From Granulosicoccus sp. (lineage in GTDB: Bacteria > Pseudomonadota > Gammaproteobacteria > Granulosicoccales > Granulosicoccaceae), in the NCBI GenBank assembly GCA_045110515.1, contig JBGCGD010000004.1, positions 89,033-153,032 on the forward strand: a DNA stretch of 64,000 bases, given 5' to 3'. Each line of letters opens with the position of its first letter. Position 1 is the first letter of the stretch. The notes under the pieces are model-generated. The model ran no database searches and was not told the origin of the DNA. It was given only the letters and a program-made list of their open reading frames with translations. Below, one piece after another: positions 60,502 through 64,000 of this stretch. Both the position numbers and the translations under genes were made by a program.

Positions 60502-61827
60502 TCAGGCGACTGCTCCCAGTTTGTCGGACACCATACTGCGCCCGTTTTCAATGTAGTACTCGAACTCATGCCGGTAGTGTTTTACAAAGCTTTGTACAGG
60601 CATAGCTGCGGCATCACCCAAGGCACAAATAGTACGTCCGGCGATTTTCCCGGCAACGTCTTCCAACTTTTCAATGTCCTCGGGTAAGCCCTTACCTTCA
60701 ACAATTCTTGTCAGCATTCGATAAAGCCAACCAGTACCTTCACGGCACGGTGTGCACTGCCCACAACTCTCGGAATAATAGAAACGCGAGATGCGTCTTA
60801 GGGCTTGCACCATGTCAGTGGATTCATTCATCACAATGACAGCACCGGAACCCAGCATTGAGCCGGCAACCTTGGATATGGAATCGTAGTCCATGTTGGT
60901 TGTCATCATAATTTCGCCGGGCACAACGGGGACAGATGAACCACCGGGTATAACCGCTTTCAATGGAATGCCATCTTTCATACCACCGCTAAGTTCGAGC
61001 AATGTCGAAAACGGCGTGCCCAGATTTATTTCAAAATTACCCGGTTTTGCAACATGGCCTGATACTGAAAAACACTTTTGACCACCTGCGGTCTCTATGC
61101 CCATATCTTTGAACCACTCTGCACCATTGCGCACAATGGCCGGTACGCTGGCAACCGATTCGGTGTTGTTGATGGTGGTTGGGCGGCCGTATAAACCATA
61201 GCCTGCCGGGAAAGGTGGCTTGAAGCGTGGCTGGCCTTTTTTACCTTCTAATGATTCAAGCAGCGCTGTCTCTTCGCCACAGATGTAGGCGCCAGCGCCT
61301 AACGTTCCGATAACTTCTATATCAATTCCACTGCCTTTGATGTCGGAGCCAGCCCAACCGTTTGCATACGCATCCTTTATGGCTTGCATGAAGTTCTTAT
61401 AGACTTGATCCATGAACTCGCCGCGCATGTAGTTATAAGCTACCGATGCTCGGATGGCATAACTTCCGATAAGCATTCCCTCAACCAGAGCATGCGGGTT
61501 GAAACGAATGAGGTCACGGTCCTTACACGTTCCGGGCTCAGATTCATCGGAGTTAATAACGAAATAACTCTGACCACCGTTTTTAGGCATGAAGCTCCAC
61601 TTCAAACCTGTTGGGAAGCCTGCGCCTCCACGACCTCTTAAGCCGGAGTCCTTGACGATCTGCACCACGTCATCCGGGGAAAGTTTTTCTTCGAGAATAC
61701 GATTCCAGGCTTTATAACCACCAATTTTCAGATAGTTTTCATACGTCCACGGCTCATCAAACTGCAATGTCGTATAGCAAACCTGATTCATAGGCGCTAG
61801 GCCTTCAGGTAGCGTTATATCACTCAT
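60502..61827 (-). CDS. nuoF: NADH-quinone oxidoreductase subunit F
   Basis: GRGGAGFPTG, DESEPGT, YICGEETAL and ESCGQCTPCREG. Confidence 0.97.
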   Translation of the reverse strand: MSDITLPEGLAPMNQVCYTTLQFDEPWTYENYLKIGGYKAWNRILEEKLSPDDVVQIVKDSGLRGRGGAGFPTGLKWSFMPKNGGQSYFVINSDESEPGTCKDRDLIRFNPHALVEGMLIGSYAIRASVAYNYMRGEFMDQVYKNFMQAIKDAYANGWAGSDIKGSGIDIEVIGTLGAGAYICGEETALLESLEGKKGQPRFKPPFPAGYGLYGRPTTINNTESVASVPAIVRNGAEWFKDMGIETAGGQKCFSVSGHVAKPGNFEINLGTPFSTLLELSGGMKDGIPLKAVIPGGSSVPVVPGEIMMTTNMDYDSISKVAGSMLGSGAVIVMNESTDMVQALRRISRFYYSESCGQCTPCREGTGWLYRMLTRIVEGKGLPEDIEKLEDVAGKIAGRTICALGDAAAMPVQSFVKHYRHEFEYYIENGRSMVSDKLGAVA

Positions 61828-61854
61828 GATGTCTCCCCTATTCCCGGATGGTTA

Positions 61855-62376
61855 TCAGTCAAGCGCATCGAGAATTTCATCAACTTTTTGCGGTGTAAGC
61901 TGCGTGTGATATACGTGGTCAACCTGCATCATAGGCCCACCAGAACACGCTGCCAAACACTCTTCTTCTACTTTGAGAAAAATCTTACCGTCGCTGGTTG
62001 AGTCACCCAGCTTTATGCCGTACTTGTTTTCCACGTGATTGACGATGGTATCGGAGCCCATCAACATGCAACTGATGTTGGTGCATATAGCCACGCAGTG
62101 TTTACCAACCGGTTGAGTTTCAAACATGGAATAGAAACTGGCCACTTCATACACCGCGATAGGTGGCATTTCTAACTTTGCAGCAACAGCATCCATTAAC
62201 TCAGTAGAAAGCCAACCCAGGTTTTGATGCTGAGCAATACTCAACGCCGCTAACACAGCGCTCTGCTTTTGGTCATCCGGATAGCGGGTAAGCCACTCGT
62301 CGATCTCTTCGATCGAGTGCTCACTCAACACGGATTCCGGTGCTGGCAAACTGACGTCGGCTGGTACTGAACTCAT
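61855..62376 (-). CDS. nuoE: NADH-quinone oxidoreductase subunit E
   Basis: EVASFYSMF, CTNISC and ECLAAC. Confidence 0.95.
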   Translation of the reverse strand: MSSVPADVSLPAPESVLSEHSIEEIDEWLTRYPDDQKQSAVLAALSIAQHQNLGWLSTELMDAVAAKLEMPPIAVYEVASFYSMFETQPVGKHCVAICTNISCMLMGSDTIVNHVENKYGIKLGDSTSDGKIFLKVEEECLAACSGGPMMQVDHVYHTQLTPQKVDEILDALD

Positions 62377-62399
62377 GTATACGTCTCTATCAACAGTTT

Positions 62400-63653
62400 T
62401 TAACGATCTATCTCGCCGAACACGATATCTTGCGTGCCGATAAGCGCGACCACATCTGACAGCATGTGCCCCTTAGCCATTTCATCCAGCGATGCCAGAT
62501 GAGCAAACCCAGGCGCACGCACCTTTAATCGATAGGGTTTATTCGCCCCATCGGAGACTAGAAAACAACCAAATTCACCTTTGGGATGCTCTACGGCTGC
62601 ATAAGCTTCGCCTTCCGGTAAACAGAACCCTTCTGTAAACAACTTAAAGTGATGAATAAGTGATTCCATATCACCTTTCATATCGCCACGACGTGGTGGA
62701 GCAATTTTGTGGTCTTCGGTAAGAACCGGCCCTTCATTGTTTCTTAACCACTCAATGCATTGTTTGATAATGCGGTTAGACTGACGCATCTCTTCGATAC
62801 GCACCAAGTAACGATCATAGCTATCGCCATTGGTACCCACGGGGATATCAAAGTCCAGCTGGTCGTAAACTTCATAAGGCTGCTTTTTACGCAAATCCCA
62901 TTCGATGTTGGAACCGCGCAGCATAGGGCCTGTAAAGCCTAATTGCAGAGCACGCTCGGGAGTCACGACACCGATACCTACCGTACGCTGCTTCCAGATT
63001 CGGTTGTCAGTCAGCAAGGTTTCGTATTCATCGACACACTTAGGAAAACGCTGGGTAAAGTCGTCAAGGAAATCAAGCATGTTGCCCTGACGCTTATCAT
63101 TAAGCTTTGATGCGGCGGACTTACTCGTGAATCGTGATACTTCATACTGCGGCATGCGATCGGGTAGATCGCGGGCAACACCACCGGGGCGGTAGTACGT
63201 TGCATGCAAACGCGCACCTGAAACGGCTTCGTAGCAATCCATGAGATCTTCACGTTCGCGGAAGCAGTACAAGAAGATAGACATGGCGCCGATATCAAGA
63301 CCGTGTGCGCCTAGCCACATGAGGTGATTTAGAACCCGTGTGATTTCATCGAACATGACGCGGATGTACTGAGCCCTAAGAGGCACGTCAACACCCAGCA
63401 ATTTTTCTATGGCTAAAACATACCCGTGTTCGTTGCACATCATGGATACGTAATCGAGACGATCCATATAGCCAATAGTTTGATTGTAAGGCTTAGACTC
63501 CGCAAGCTTTTCGGTACCGCGATGAAGAAGACCGATATGCGGGTCGGCGCGCTCGACCACTTCCCCGTCCATCTCAAGCACAAGACGCAGTACGCCATGC
63601 GCTGCCGGATGCTGCGGGCCGAAATTTAATGTGTAGTTACGTATCTCAGGCAT
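62400..63653 (-). CDS. nuoD: NADH-quinone oxidoreductase subunit D
   Basis: [26 protein letters not shown] and DIVFGEIDR. Start reassigned to ATG 63653. Confidence 0.97.
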   Translation of the reverse strand: MPEIRNYTLNFGPQHPAAHGVLRLVLEMDGEVVERADPHIGLLHRGTEKLAESKPYNQTIGYMDRLDYVSMMCNEHGYVLAIEKLLGVDVPLRAQYIRVMFDEITRVLNHLMWLGAHGLDIGAMSIFLYCFREREDLMDCYEAVSGARLHATYYRPGGVARDLPDRMPQYEVSRFTSKSAASKLNDKRQGNMLDFLDDFTQRFPKCVDEYETLLTDNRIWKQRTVGIGVVTPERALQLGFTGPMLRGSNIEWDLRKKQPYEVYDQLDFDIPVGTNGDSYDRYLVRIEEMRQSNRIIKQCIEWLRNNEGPVLTEDHKIAPPRRGDMKGDMESLIHHFKLFTEGFCLPEGEAYAAVEHPKGEFGCFLVSDGANKPYRLKVRAPGFAHLASLDEMAKGHMLSDVVALIGTQDIVFGEIDR

Positions 63654-64000
63654 CGTTTTTCTTCGCAGCGTCGCTTTCGGTCTTACTGGCAGACTCACCT
63701 GTGGCATAGCGTGAATCTTCGCGTATGACACGCGGCACTAGTACACGGGGCTCAATACTGACAGGCTCGTATACGACGCGCTCTTTAACGGAGTCATATC
63801 GCATTTCAACATTTCCGATAAGCGGAAAGTCTTTTCGAAAAGGATGTCCGGTGAAGCCATAATCCGTCAGGATGCGCCGTAGGTCAGCATGGCCATCGAA
63901 AAGAATCCCGAATAAATCGAACGCTTCTCTTTCGTACCAGTCAGCGTTATTCCAAATAGGCGTAACCGATGGCACTACCGGCATTTCATCGTCAGACGCG
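63646..64000 (-). CDS. nuoC: NADH-quinone oxidoreductase subunit C (3' part; start lies outside the window)
   Basis: [35 protein letters not shown]. Confidence 0.95.
   Translation of the reverse strand, partial: ASDDEMPVVPSVTPIWNNADWYEREAFDLFGILFDGHADLRRILTDYGFTGHPFRKDFPLIGNVEMRYDSVKERVVYEPVSIEPRVLVPRVIREDSRYATGESASKTESDAAKKNDA

Noticed and set aside
50662-64000. nuo operon checked for unusual subunits or insertions
   Set aside because: Canonical C-D-E-F-G-H-I-J-K-L-M-N order with unfused C and D; nothing unusual seen.

Overview
A ~51% GC bacterial chromosomal window. Gene content and order point to a gammaproteobacterium; the acidic, repeat-rich lipoproteins suggest a marine, possibly Granulosicoccus-like lineage (inference only). 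Most of the window is core genes: carB(partial)/carA, parE, cnoX, ygfZ, DUF1674-sdhCDAB-sdhE-ygfX, pdxJ-acpS, dat, an Lhr-core helicase plus PdeM, tadA, rimP-nusA-infB-rbfA-truB-rpsO-pnp, tRNA-fMet and nuoC(partial)-N. The main accessory region is a 13-kb block (14.1-27.1 kb) in which all nine genes encode exported or membrane-anchored proteins. It holds two paralogous GH16 lipoproteins (one intact EIDIME motif, one ELFIME variant) around a Cys-domain/stalk/outer-membrane barrel protein, a thrombospondin type-3 repeat lipoprotein, a TolA-like protein, and an M64 metallopeptidase with a coupled partner. The usual nuoN-tRNA-Met-rimP junction carries inserted genes: an exostosin/GT47-like gene, a diguanylate cyclase, PhoX and an oxidoreductase. 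Reading outside the ORF track gave three decayed gene remnants (AraC, IOR-like, biotinyl domain), two related hexamer microsatellites, a PdxJ with substituted active-site residues and several regulatory signals. No CRISPR array, rRNA, integrase or intact transposase was seen. All family calls come from motif recognition, not database searches.
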